Shown here: positions 20,652-29,034 of the stretch, piece after piece
How the letters are laid out: each line of letters starts with the position of its first letter
Numbering within the stretch: the stretch's first letter is position 1
NCBI GenBank assembly: GCA_963812755.1
Contig: CAWEWK010000026.1
Span: 168,078 to 232,077, forward strand
DNA: 64,000 nt
Direction of reading: 5' to 3'
Origin: an uncultured Gemmatimonadales bacterium
Lineage (GTDB): Bacteria; Gemmatimonadota; Gemmatimonadetes; Gemmatimonadales; GWC2-71-9
Program-made: the position numbers and the translations under genes
Notes under the pieces: model-generated
Database searches by the model: none
The model's input: the letters and a program-made list of their open reading frames with translations, nothing else
Told to the model about the DNA's origin: nothing

Positions 20652-21895
20652 CAGCCGGTCACCGCCGCGCGCTGGGCGCGGGCCTCCGTGATCTGCTGCT
20701 TGCGGGACGAGCCCTTGATGAACATCCCGCTGTCCAGCAGCCCAAACACCAGAACCCCGAGCACCAGGTTCACCCCGAACAACGCCAGCGCAGCCGGACG
20801 GGGTTGGGTGATCCCGGCCAGACGCTCGATCAGGTACATCGCTGTGCACATCACCATGATGTACGCCAGGCCCAGCGGCATCAGCACCTTCCAGCCCAGC
20901 GCCATCAGCTGGTCGTAGCGGAAGCGGGGCAACGTCCAGCGCACCCACATCACCACGAAGATGAAGAAGAGGACCTTGAAGAAGAACCACAGCCAGGTGA
21001 CCAGAGTCTGGAGCAGGCCGCCGGATTCATCCCACTTGGTAAAGGGGATATCCCACCCGCCGAAGAACAGGGTGGTTACCATGGCGCAAATCGTCACCAC
21101 GTTGGCGTATTCGGCGATGAAGAAGAAGGAGAACTTCATCGCGCTGTACTCGGTGTGGTAGCCGGCGATCAGCTCCGACTCGGCCTCGGGTAGATCGAAG
21201 GGCACCCGGTTGGTCTCGGCGAAGCCGGAGATGAAGAAGATGAAAAAGGACAAGAACAGCGGCAGCACGTACCAGACTCCGGTCTGCTGCTGCGCGATGA
21301 TGCGAGACAGGTTCACGTCGCCCGAGAGCAGCAGCACCGGAATGAGACTCAATCCCATGGCCACCTCATAGGAGATCATCTGGGCGCAGGCGCGCAGTCC
21401 GCCGAGCAAGGCGTACTTGCTGTTGGAGGACCAGCCGGCCAGCGCGATCCCGTAAACTCCCATGGAGCTGATCGCGAGGACGAAGAGGAAACCGACCGGA
21501 AGATCGGCCACCACCATGGGCATGGTGCCATGGTGAACGAAGCGACCCAACGGCCCCAGGGTGAAGTCGAAATCCAGCGGCAGCGGCGCCGCGAAGGGGA
21601 TCACGGCGGACAGCATCAGCGCGGGGATGAAGGACATCGCCGGTGCGAGGAGGAAGAGGCTGCGGTTGGCCTCCGCCGGAAAGGTCTCTTCCTTCAAGAT
21701 GTTCTTGACGCCATCCGCGGCGGGTTGGAGCAGGCCCGCCCATCCCACCCGGTTGGGGCCGCGGCGATTCTGCATCCAGGCGCTGACCTTGCGCTCCATC
21801 AGCGTGAGCAGCGCGACCCCGATCATGATGATGGTGAAGACCACCAGCATCTTCAGCACGCTCACCAGCAGGAAGCCCTTCATCTCCGGGGTCAT
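20651..21895 (-). CDS. nuoH: NADH-quinone oxidoreductase subunit H
   Basis: ORF 20651..22798 trimmed to MTPEMKGFLL... (414 aa). MERKVSAWMQNRRGPNRVG and FAETNRVPFDLPEAESEL. The ATG at 21895 overlaps the nuoG TGA. Confidence 0.92.
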   Translation of the reverse strand: MTPEMKGFLLVSVLKMLVVFTIIMIGVALLTLMERKVSAWMQNRRGPNRVGWAGLLQPAADGVKNILKEETFPAEANRSLFLLAPAMSFIPALMLSAVIPFAAPLPLDFDFTLGPLGRFVHHGTMPMVVADLPVGFLFVLAISSMGVYGIALAGWSSNSKYALLGGLRACAQMISYEVAMGLSLIPVLLLSGDVNLSRIIAQQQTGVWYVLPLFLSFFIFFISGFAETNRVPFDLPEAESELIAGYHTEYSAMKFSFFFIAEYANVVTICAMVTTLFFGGWDIPFTKWDESGGLLQTLVTWLWFFFKVLFFIFVVMWVRWTLPRFRYDQLMALGWKVLMPLGLAYIMVMCTAMYLIERLAGITQPRPAALALFGVNLVLGVLVFGLLDSGMFIKGSSRKQQITEARAQRAAVTG

Positions 21896-23475
21896 CGGAG
21901 CGCCTCTTGCCGGGCGGCGGCGGCCAGCACCCGTCCGGTGTACCCCAGATCCCGATAGGTGAGCCCGGCGAAGACCGGCCAGCTTTCCGCCAGAGACTCG
22001 AACGCTTCGGCCGCGCTGGATGGTGCGGTCGGGCTGGGCCCGGCCCCCGCCAGAACCTCGCCCGCGACCCACCAGGCCGGCCGCGCCATTCCCGGCGCCG
22101 ACTTGGCCTGCTGGTATCGCTGGATTCGGTGATCCCGGTTGACGTAGGTCCCGTACTCCTCCGCCATGTTGGTAATCGGGAGCACCAGCTCGGCGTTCCG
22201 GAGCGACGCGGGGAAGACGGTTCCCAGCACGACGACGGCACCGGCGGCAGAGGTAAGGGCCGCTTCGTCCTGGGGGGAGAGGTCGGGGTCGAGCAGGATC
22301 ACCACCGCTGCGCTCATCGCCTCGCGTACCGCGGACTCCCAGACGCCCTCGTAACCGAGGAGCCGGGCTCCGTGGAGATTGGGCGCCCGTTCCCGGCGGA
22401 GCGCCAGGCCAGGGATACCGGGAAGCGGTGCCTCGTCGCCCAGGGGAACTTGGACCGCGGCGGTGACGGTGAAGCGGTCCAGCATCCGCCGCACCAAGCC
22501 CAGCGATTCGGTCGACGCCCGGCCCGACGCCAGAATCACCGCGCGTCCCGAGGCGCCGCGCACGATCTGGCCCAGGCGGTCGAGGGCCGTATCCCAGTCG
22601 ACTGCCGCGTGGCGCCCGGTATCCCGGACCAGCGGCGCCTCGATCCGATCGCCCCGGTTCATCCAGCGGTAGTTCATCCGGCCGTAATCGCAAATGAAAT
22701 GGCGATTGACCTCGAGGTTGGGACGAGGCCGCAACCGGACCACCACGTCGTCCCGGGTGTCGATGTTGATGTTGCAGCCCTGGGTGCACCCCGGGCACAC
22801 GCTTGCGTTCTTGTCGAGCTCCCAGGCCCGCGCCTTATGGAGGAAGTCCTTGGACAGGAGCGAGCCCACCGGGCAGAGATCCACCACGTTACCCGACCAC
22901 GGGTGATCCAACTGCTGTTCCTCAGAGATGCCGATGTACGCGCGGTCCCCCCGCTCGGACACGTTGAGCACCGGGGTGTCGGCCACGTCTTCCATGAAGC
23001 GAACGCAGCGGGTGCAGAGAATGCAGCGATTGGGAACGTAGAGGATGTCGGGCCCGAATTCCTCGACCGGGTTGTAACGCTTGGCATACTCGGCGTACCG
23101 GGTACCGGCGCGGCCCTCCTGGAACACGTAGTTCTGGAGCTCGCACTCTCCGGCCTGATCGCAGATCGGGCAATCGAGCGGGTGGTTGATGAGAAGGAAC
23201 TCGAGCACGCCTTCCCGGGCCTTCTTGGCGCCCGGGCTGTTGACCAGCACCACTTGCCCTTCCGCGACCGTCGTGACGCACGCCGGCATCAGCTTGGGCG
23301 CCTTCTCCACCTCCACCAGGCACATCCGGCACACCGCCGGGGAGGGCAGCGACGGGTGATAGCAGTAGTGGGGGACCAGGATCCCGGCCTGCTTGGCCGC
23401 CTCGATGATGGTGGTGCCCTTGGGCACGCTCACCGGGGCGCCGTCGATCGTCACATTGACTAGTTCGTCGGCCAT
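21892..23475 (-). CDS. nuoG: NADH-quinone oxidoreductase subunit G (short form)
   Basis: 527 aa. 2Fe-2S CYHPSLPSPAVCRMCLVEV, HPLDCPICDQAGECELQ and CILCTRCVRF. The molybdopterin-like C-terminal part is truncated relative to the ~780-900-aa forms. Confidence 0.9.
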   Translation of the reverse strand: MADELVNVTIDGAPVSVPKGTTIIEAAKQAGILVPHYCYHPSLPSPAVCRMCLVEVEKAPKLMPACVTTVAEGQVVLVNSPGAKKAREGVLEFLLINHPLDCPICDQAGECELQNYVFQEGRAGTRYAEYAKRYNPVEEFGPDILYVPNRCILCTRCVRFMEDVADTPVLNVSERGDRAYIGISEEQQLDHPWSGNVVDLCPVGSLLSKDFLHKARAWELDKNASVCPGCTQGCNINIDTRDDVVVRLRPRPNLEVNRHFICDYGRMNYRWMNRGDRIEAPLVRDTGRHAAVDWDTALDRLGQIVRGASGRAVILASGRASTESLGLVRRMLDRFTVTAAVQVPLGDEAPLPGIPGLALRRERAPNLHGARLLGYEGVWESAVREAMSAAVVILLDPDLSPQDEAALTSAAGAVVVLGTVFPASLRNAELVLPITNMAEEYGTYVNRDHRIQRYQQAKSAPGMARPAWWVAGEVLAGAGPSPTAPSSAAEAFESLAESWPVFAGLTYRDLGYTGRVLAAAARQEALR

Positions 23476-23517
23476 TTATTCCTCGTGGCTCCGATGGCTC
23501 GTAAGACGGATCGGAGC

Positions 23518-24825
23518 TCAGACCGCGGCCATGACCGGCTCGCGCGAGCCGGTGATGTACGCCTCGAACTCGGAGCGGAACTTCTGGATCCCGCTTACCA
23601 CCGGCGCGGCGCAGGAGTCGCTCAGCACGCAGATGGTCTTGCCGGTCATGTTTTCCGAGAGGTCGAGCAGCAGCTGGAAGTCGTCCTGCTTTCCCTTCCC
23701 CGAGAGAATCCGCTCCAGGATCCGGGTGGTCCATGCGGTGCCTTCGCGGCACTGGGTGCACTGGGCGCAGGACTCGTGGGCGTAGAACCGTGCCAGCCGC
23801 ATGATCTGGTACACCATGTCGGTGCTGTCATCCATCACGATCATGCCGGCGGAGCCCAGCATCGACCCCTTGGCGACCACGCCCTCGTAGTCGAAGAGCG
23901 CTTCCTCCGCCTCCTCTATAGTCATGATCGGAACCGAGGAGCCGCCCGGAATCACCGCCTTGAACTTCCGGCCCGGGGGAGGCCCGCCACACATGTCGTA
24001 CAGAATGTCACGTATGGGGGTGCCCATGGTGACCTCGTAGTTTCCCGGCCGCTGGATGTGCCCGCACACCGAGACCAGCTTGGTTCCGGTGCTCTTCGGG
24101 TTCCCCAGGCAGAGGCCCTTGTACCACTCCGCGCCGCGGGTGAGGATGTGCGGCACCGCCGCAAGCGTCTCCACGTTGTTGATGGTGGTGGGCATCCCGA
24201 AGACCCCGGCGACGGGCGGATAGGGCGGCTTGATCCGCGGGTTGCCGCGCTTGCCTTCGATGGAGTTCAGCATCGCGGTCTCTTCCCCGCAGATATAAGC
24301 GCCGGCTCCCCGATGCAGGATCATCTCGATCCGCTTGCCGCTGCCGAAGACATTGTCGCCCAGCGCCCCTCGAGCCGTGGCTTCCTCTACCGCCGCGCTC
24401 ATGATTCGCCACGGCTCGGTGAATTCGCCGCGGATGTAGATGTAGCACCGCTCCGCCCCGATCGCATAGGAGGCGATGGCACAGCCCTCGATCAGCTGGT
24501 GCGGGGTCCAGCGCATGATCTCGCGATCTTTGAAGGTGCCCGGCTCGGACTCGTCCGCGTTGCAGACCAGGTAATGCGGCTTCACGACCTCCTTGGGCAT
24601 GAAGGACCACTTGAGCCCGGTGGGGAAACCGGCACCGCCACGGCCCCGCAGCCCCGACGCCTTGACCTCCTCGATGATCGCTTCCCGGGTCATCCCCAGC
24701 GCCTTCCGCAGCGCCTCGTAGCCTCCCTGCTTTACCCAGCCGTCGTAACTCCGGGCCTCAGGATCGCCGAAGTGCTTCGAGAGGATGACCGTTTCCTTGG
24801 GGTGAGGCGGATGAGGATACCCCAT
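23518..24825 (-). CDS. nuoF: NADH-quinone oxidoreductase subunit F
   Basis: 435 aa. GRGGAGFPTGLKW (FMN/NADH site) and the ESCAQCTQCREG 4Fe-4S motif. Confidence 0.96.
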   Translation of the reverse strand: MGYPHPPHPKETVILSKHFGDPEARSYDGWVKQGGYEALRKALGMTREAIIEEVKASGLRGRGGAGFPTGLKWSFMPKEVVKPHYLVCNADESEPGTFKDREIMRWTPHQLIEGCAIASYAIGAERCYIYIRGEFTEPWRIMSAAVEEATARGALGDNVFGSGKRIEMILHRGAGAYICGEETAMLNSIEGKRGNPRIKPPYPPVAGVFGMPTTINNVETLAAVPHILTRGAEWYKGLCLGNPKSTGTKLVSVCGHIQRPGNYEVTMGTPIRDILYDMCGGPPPGRKFKAVIPGGSSVPIMTIEEAEEALFDYEGVVAKGSMLGSAGMIVMDDSTDMVYQIMRLARFYAHESCAQCTQCREGTAWTTRILERILSGKGKQDDFQLLLDLSENMTGKTICVLSDSCAAPVVSGIQKFRSEFEAYITGSREPVMAAV

Positions 24826-25364
24826 TACGAATACCTCTGCAGGATGCCGGGGACCTTCTCGGGAGTGACATCCTCGATGAAATCGTCATCCACCAGGATC
24901 GGGGTGGCGAAGCCGCAGGCTCCGAGACACTCGACCTCGATGACGGTGAAGCGGCCATCGGGGCTGGTGGCGCCGAGCTCGCCGCAGCCGGTCTCCCGCA
25001 GCAGCGCGCGGACGACGTCTTCGGCGCCACACAGGTTGCACGGTGTGGTGGTGCACACCTGGATGAAATGCTGCCCCACCGGGTGGGTGTGGTACATCGT
25101 GTAGAAGGTGACAACTCCCTTTACATAGGCAGGCGTAAGCTCAAGCACTTCAGCTACTTCCCCGATGGCGGGCTGGGAGATCCATCCCCGGGCTTCCTGT
25201 ACCATCCAGAGCGCCGGCAGGAGGCAGGCCTGCTTGTTGGGGTACTTGGTGAACAGTTGCTCGAGGCGGGCGCGGGTCTGGCCGGTGAAGACCGGACGGT
25301 AGGGCTCGCTGTCGGCGTGAGCGGGTGAACCGGCGTGTGCTGCCGCCTGCCCTGCCCCCCTCAT
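24825..25364 (-). CDS. nuoE: NADH-quinone oxidoreductase subunit E
   Basis: ORF trimmed to MRGAGQ... at 25364 (ATGA overlap with the nuoD stop). 2Fe-2S cysteines in CTTTPCNLCG and CLGACGFATP. Confidence 0.88.
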   Translation of the reverse strand: MRGAGQAAAHAGSPAHADSEPYRPVFTGQTRARLEQLFTKYPNKQACLLPALWMVQEARGWISQPAIGEVAEVLELTPAYVKGVVTFYTMYHTHPVGQHFIQVCTTTPCNLCGAEDVVRALLRETGCGELGATSPDGRFTVIEVECLGACGFATPILVDDDFIEDVTPEKVPGILQRYS

Positions 25365-26647
25365 CGATCCACCTCCCCCATCACGATGTCTACGCTGGCG
25401 TTGATCGCAATCACGTCGGAGAGCAAGGCCCCCTCGCACATCTTCGGCAGGCTGGACAGGTTGATAAACGAAGGCGGGCGAATCCGCCAGCGCACCGGCT
25501 TGGCCGTCCCATCCGACACCAGGTAGGTACCCAGCTCGCCTTTGGGGTTCTCCACCGGGAAGTAGGTCTCACCCGCCGGCGGCTTCACGCCATCCATGAC
25601 CTGCTTGAAGTGGAAGATCATCGCCTCCATATCGCTCATCGCGCGCGACTTGGCCGGCAGAATGACTCGGGGATCGCTCACGTTGATCGGCGCGCCCTTG
25701 AGGCCCTGGAGCCGATCGAGCGCCTGTTCCAGGATTCGGTTGGACTGCCACATCTCCTCGAGCCGGACCCGGTAGCGGTCGTAGATGTCGCCGTGCTCGC
25801 CCACCGGCACGTCGAAGTCGTAGGTCTCGTACCCCAGGTAGGGCTTGTCCTTTCGGACGTCGTACGCGACCCCACTCGCCCGCAGCATCGGACCGGATAG
25901 CGAGTAGTTGATTGCCTCCTCCGCCGTCAAGACGCCAACGCCCTGGGTCCGCCCGATCCAGATGGCGTTCCGGGTGAACATGGTGTCCACTTCGGTCAGC
26001 GTCTTGGGGAAGGTTCGAGTGAATTCCCGGAGCCCGGCCTCGAAGCCATCCGGAATATCGGCCATCAGCCCACCCACGCGGGTGAGACTGGTGGTTAGCC
26101 GTGCGCCGGTCCACATCTCCTGAAGGTTGTAGACCCGCTCGCGCTCGGTGAACGACCAGAGGAATGGGGTATACGCTCCCAGATCGATGCCGGTGGTGCC
26201 GAGCCAGACCAGATGGGAGATGATTCGGCTCATCTCGCACGCGATTACCCGCAACACCTGGCAGCGCTCGGTGAGCTCGATTCCCATGAGCTTCTCCGCC
26301 GCCAAGGCGAACGCCACGTTGTTCGCCATCGGGGAGAGGTAGTCGGTGCGGTCGGTGAGCGGGATGATCTGGTTGTAGTGCCGATACTCCCCCAGCTTCT
26401 CGAATCCGGAGTGGAGGTATCCCAGGTGCGGGATACAGCGCTTGACCGTCTCGCCTTCCAGCTCGATGACCAGGCGGAGCACGCCGTGAGTGGCCGGATG
26501 CTGCGGCCCGATATTCACCAGCATGTGCTCGGCGCCGAGATCTTCGTCATAAACGCCCGGGCCGGTACCAAGCGGGACGCGGGTAGGGTTCCCCTGCTGG
26601 TCGATGCCCGGCGTGGCCAATGCCAGTTCCAGAGTGCGCGTGGTCAT
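25361..26647 (-). CDS. nuoD: NADH-quinone oxidoreductase subunit D
   Basis: ORF trimmed to MTTRTLELAL... (428 aa; ATGA overlap with the nuoC stop). NIGPQHPATHGVLRL, and it ends in VMGEVDR. Confidence 0.95.
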   Translation of the reverse strand: MTTRTLELALATPGIDQQGNPTRVPLGTGPGVYDEDLGAEHMLVNIGPQHPATHGVLRLVIELEGETVKRCIPHLGYLHSGFEKLGEYRHYNQIIPLTDRTDYLSPMANNVAFALAAEKLMGIELTERCQVLRVIACEMSRIISHLVWLGTTGIDLGAYTPFLWSFTERERVYNLQEMWTGARLTTSLTRVGGLMADIPDGFEAGLREFTRTFPKTLTEVDTMFTRNAIWIGRTQGVGVLTAEEAINYSLSGPMLRASGVAYDVRKDKPYLGYETYDFDVPVGEHGDIYDRYRVRLEEMWQSNRILEQALDRLQGLKGAPINVSDPRVILPAKSRAMSDMEAMIFHFKQVMDGVKPPAGETYFPVENPKGELGTYLVSDGTAKPVRWRIRPPSFINLSSLPKMCEGALLSDVIAINASVDIVMGEVDR

Positions 26648-27297
26648 TTGAGGAATCCTCGCTCGCCGCGGGCCAGCCGTTCCCGCATGTCGGCGGGAAG
26701 CTCGTCGAACGCCTCGGCGATAGAGAGCTCTTCCATCGAGTAGTGGGCCTCGGGATTGGCGGCGAGCGCCTGACGGGTCTGTTCCGCCCGGCTGAAGTGC
26801 CCCCGCAGCGGAAACTCCTTTCGCAGGGGATATCCCTCGGCGTAGGTCTCCCACATCAGAATCCGGCGAAGATCGGGATGACCGGTAAAGGTCACGCCGA
26901 ACATGTCGTATACCTCGCGCTCCAGCCAGTCCGCCCCGCGCCAGAGGTCCCAGACCGAGCGCACTTCGAGCGGCTGGCGCTTGTCGAGGGCGACTTTGAC
27001 TCGCAGATCGGCCTTTCGGGCCAGCGAACGGAGTTGGTAGACGACTTCGAGGGGGGGCTCCGGGTCCCGATACTCCACTGCGGTGACATCGGCGAGGTAA
27101 TCGAATTCCTGGCCCGGCGTGTCCTTGAGCCAGGCCAGGATGTCGTGACTGCGATCCCGAGCGACGTAGGCGATGGTCTCACCGCAGGAGACCAGATGGC
27201 GCTCGACGGCGGAGCCGAACTCGGCCCGGAGCATGGCTACCGAGGGGGGGAGCGCGCTATGCGCCCCCAGCGTGACTGCGGCGCGAATTTCCGACAT
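26644..27297 (-). CDS. nuoC: NADH-quinone oxidoreductase subunit C
   Basis: 217 aa containing ADWLEREVYDMFGVTFTGHPDLRRIL. Confidence 0.93.
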   Translation of the reverse strand: MSEIRAAVTLGAHSALPPSVAMLRAEFGSAVERHLVSCGETIAYVARDRSHDILAWLKDTPGQEFDYLADVTAVEYRDPEPPLEVVYQLRSLARKADLRVKVALDKRQPLEVRSVWDLWRGADWLEREVYDMFGVTFTGHPDLRRILMWETYAEGYPLRKEFPLRGHFSRAEQTRQALAANPEAHYSMEELSIAEAFDELPADMRERLARGERGFLK

Positions 27298-27926
27298 CAG
27301 GCGGAGCGGGTTTGGTGCACGGAGTTGCCGAAGGGCTCCGACAGCTCGTCTACCCGCTCGGGCGGGAGGAAGAGTCCGGAGGGGCCGACCAGCTTCTCCT
27401 CCCGGAGGAGGTCGTCGGTGATGCTCTCACCCTTGATCTTCTTTTGAAGCAGCAGGATGCCGTACATGAGTCCTTCGGGGCGCGGCGGGCAGCCGGGGAC
27501 GTAGACGTCCACCGGAATGATGGTGTCGATCCCCTGCACCATCGAGTAGTTGTCGAACACTCCGCCGGAGGAGGCGCAGGCGCCCATGGAGATCGACCAC
27601 TTGGGTTGCGGCATCTGGTCCCAGATCCGCCGAATGACCGGGGCGAGCTTGAAGGGCAGCCGTCCGGCGCAGATCAGCACGTCGGCTTGCCTGGGTGAGA
27701 AGCTCTGCCGTTCCATGCCGAAGCGGGCGATGTCGAACCGGCTCGCCGCCGTGGCCATGTACTCGATGGCGCAGCAGGCGGTGCCGAACGGCATCGGCCA
27801 CAGCGAATTGGCCCGGGCCCAGTTGGTCAGGAAATCGAGACGGCTGGTAACCCAGTTCGGCGAGATGGACGAAACCGTGGTCAACTCGTCGGCCCGGTTT
27901 TCGGTTGCGGGATTACTCAATCCCAT
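27297..27926 (-). CDS. nuoB: NADH-quinone oxidoreductase subunit B
   Basis: ORF trimmed to [10 protein letters not shown]... (209 aa). [16 protein letters not shown] and VPGCPPRPE. Carries a ~45-aa C-terminal extension. Confidence 0.94.
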   Translation of the reverse strand: MGLSNPATENRADELTTVSSISPNWVTSRLDFLTNWARANSLWPMPFGTACCAIEYMATAASRFDIARFGMERQSFSPRQADVLICAGRLPFKLAPVIRRIWDQMPQPKWSISMGACASSGGVFDNYSMVQGIDTIIPVDVYVPGCPPRPEGLMYGILLLQKKIKGESITDDLLREEKLVGPSGLFLPPERVDELSEPFGNSVHQTRSA

Positions 27927-28282
27927 TGCAATGCTCCCCGCTTCCAGATGTACACGTACCCCACCGCGAGAATCACGATGAAGACGAACATTTCGATGAT
28001 CAGCAGCCCCGCAATATCGGGGAGCTGCCGGAAAGCCACGGCCCACGGAATCATGAACACGGTCTCGATGTCGAAGACGATAAAGAGCATCGCGACCAGG
28101 TAAAACTTTACCGAGAAGCGCTCGCGCGCGTTCCCCAGGACCGGCATGCCGGACTCGTACGGGGCAATCTTGGTCGGGGTCCGGCGGTAGGTGGAGAACA
28201 GGTGCGAGACGCCCAGCATCAGGATCGCGTTGGCGACGACGAACGCGATGAGCAGGAGGATGGGGACGTAAGGCTGAAGCAT
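27917..28282 (-). CDS. nuoA: NADH-quinone oxidoreductase subunit A
   Basis: 121 aa, 3 [12 protein letters not shown]. First gene of the operon, next to an AT-rich upstream region. Confidence 0.92.
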   Translation of the reverse strand: MLQPYVPILLLIAFVVANAILMLGVSHLFSTYRRTPTKIAPYESGMPVLGNARERFSVKFYLVAMLFIVFDIETVFMIPWAVAFRQLPDIAGLLIIEMFVFIVILAVGYVYIWKRGALQWD

Positions 28283-28322
28283 GGGCCTCGGCTTTCGTGA
28301 ATTTTTTCACTTATCCCGAGGA

Positions 28323-28351
28323 ATGGTAATGGTTTTCGAGGTCGGTTTCAA
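28323..28351 (-). promoter_or_regulatory. candidate sigma70-type promoter of the nuo operon
   Basis: The minus strand reads TTGAAA (28351..28346), a 17-nt spacer, then TACCAT (28328..28323). It lies ~40 nt upstream of the nuoA ATG in the only AT-rich stretch of the divergent nuoA/dcd spacer. Consensus matching only. Confidence 0.3.
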
Positions 28352-28439
28352 CCCGACTATATTCCCCGCCGTTCCGCAGCGGGACACCGGTGCATCGGCC
28401 TGCCCGTCTGCTTGTTTGCCCCTCGGCTGGCTGAGGCCC

Positions 28440-29018
28440 ATGTCCATCAAATCCGATCGCTGGATCCGCCGGATGGCGCTCGAGCGCCGGATGATCGAGC
28501 CGTTCGAGGAGCGGCAGGTGCGCCACACCGATGCCAAGGGGCGTCGGGTCATCTCCTATGGCGTATCCAGCTACGGGTACGACATGCGGGTGGCGCCGGA
28601 GTTCAAGATCTTCACCAATGTGCTGAGCGCGGTGGTCGACCCCAAGGAGTTCGACTCCCGGAGCTTCGTCGAGTTTGAAGGCCCAGTGTGCATGGTGCCG
28701 CCCAACAGCTTCGTCCTCGCCCGATCGGTGGAGTATTTCCGGATCCCTCGCGAGGTGCTCACCATCTGCGTGGGCAAGAGCACCTATGCCCGGTGCGGAA
28801 TCATTACCAACGTGACGCCGTTCGAGCCGGAGTGGGAGGGTCACGTTACCCTGGAAATCTCCAACACCACTCCCCTGCCGGCCAAGGTCTACGCCAATGA
28901 GGGCATCTGCCAAGTACTTTTCTTCGAGGCCGACGCCGACGACATCTGCGAGACCAGCTACGCCGACAAGGCCGGCAAGTATCAGAAGCAAGTCGGGGTC
29001 ACCCTTCCGAAGCTGTGA
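28440..29018 (+). CDS. dcd: dCTP deaminase
   Basis: ORF 28281..29018 trimmed to [12 protein letters not shown]... (192 aa). [32 protein letters not shown]. Confidence 0.93.
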   Translation: MSIKSDRWIRRMALERRMIEPFEERQVRHTDAKGRRVISYGVSSYGYDMRVAPEFKIFTNVLSAVVDPKEFDSRSFVEFEGPVCMVPPNSFVLARSVEYFRIPREVLTICVGKSTYARCGIITNVTPFEPEWEGHVTLEISNTTPLPAKVYANEGICQVLFFEADADDICETSYADKAGKYQKQVGVTLPKL

Positions 29019-29034
29019 GCCGCTCGTGCAGTCC

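Noticed and set aside
20651-22798. Long N-terminal extensions in the ORF track for nuoH (715 aa), nuoI, nuoK, nuoB, nuoD, nuoE, fabH, carA, coaBC, tpiA, trmL, dcd, tsaC, comF and the first M1 peptidase
   Set aside because: The extensions run through the upstream gene in another frame and are compositional junk. In each case an internal start reproduces the family N-terminus and abuts or overlaps the upstream stop by 1-4 nt.
21907-25104. 518-aa and 539-aa plus-strand ORFs (21907..23463 and 23485..25104)
   Set aside because: They are antisense to nuoG and nuoF, which have clear Fe-S and FMN motifs. These are compositional artefacts.
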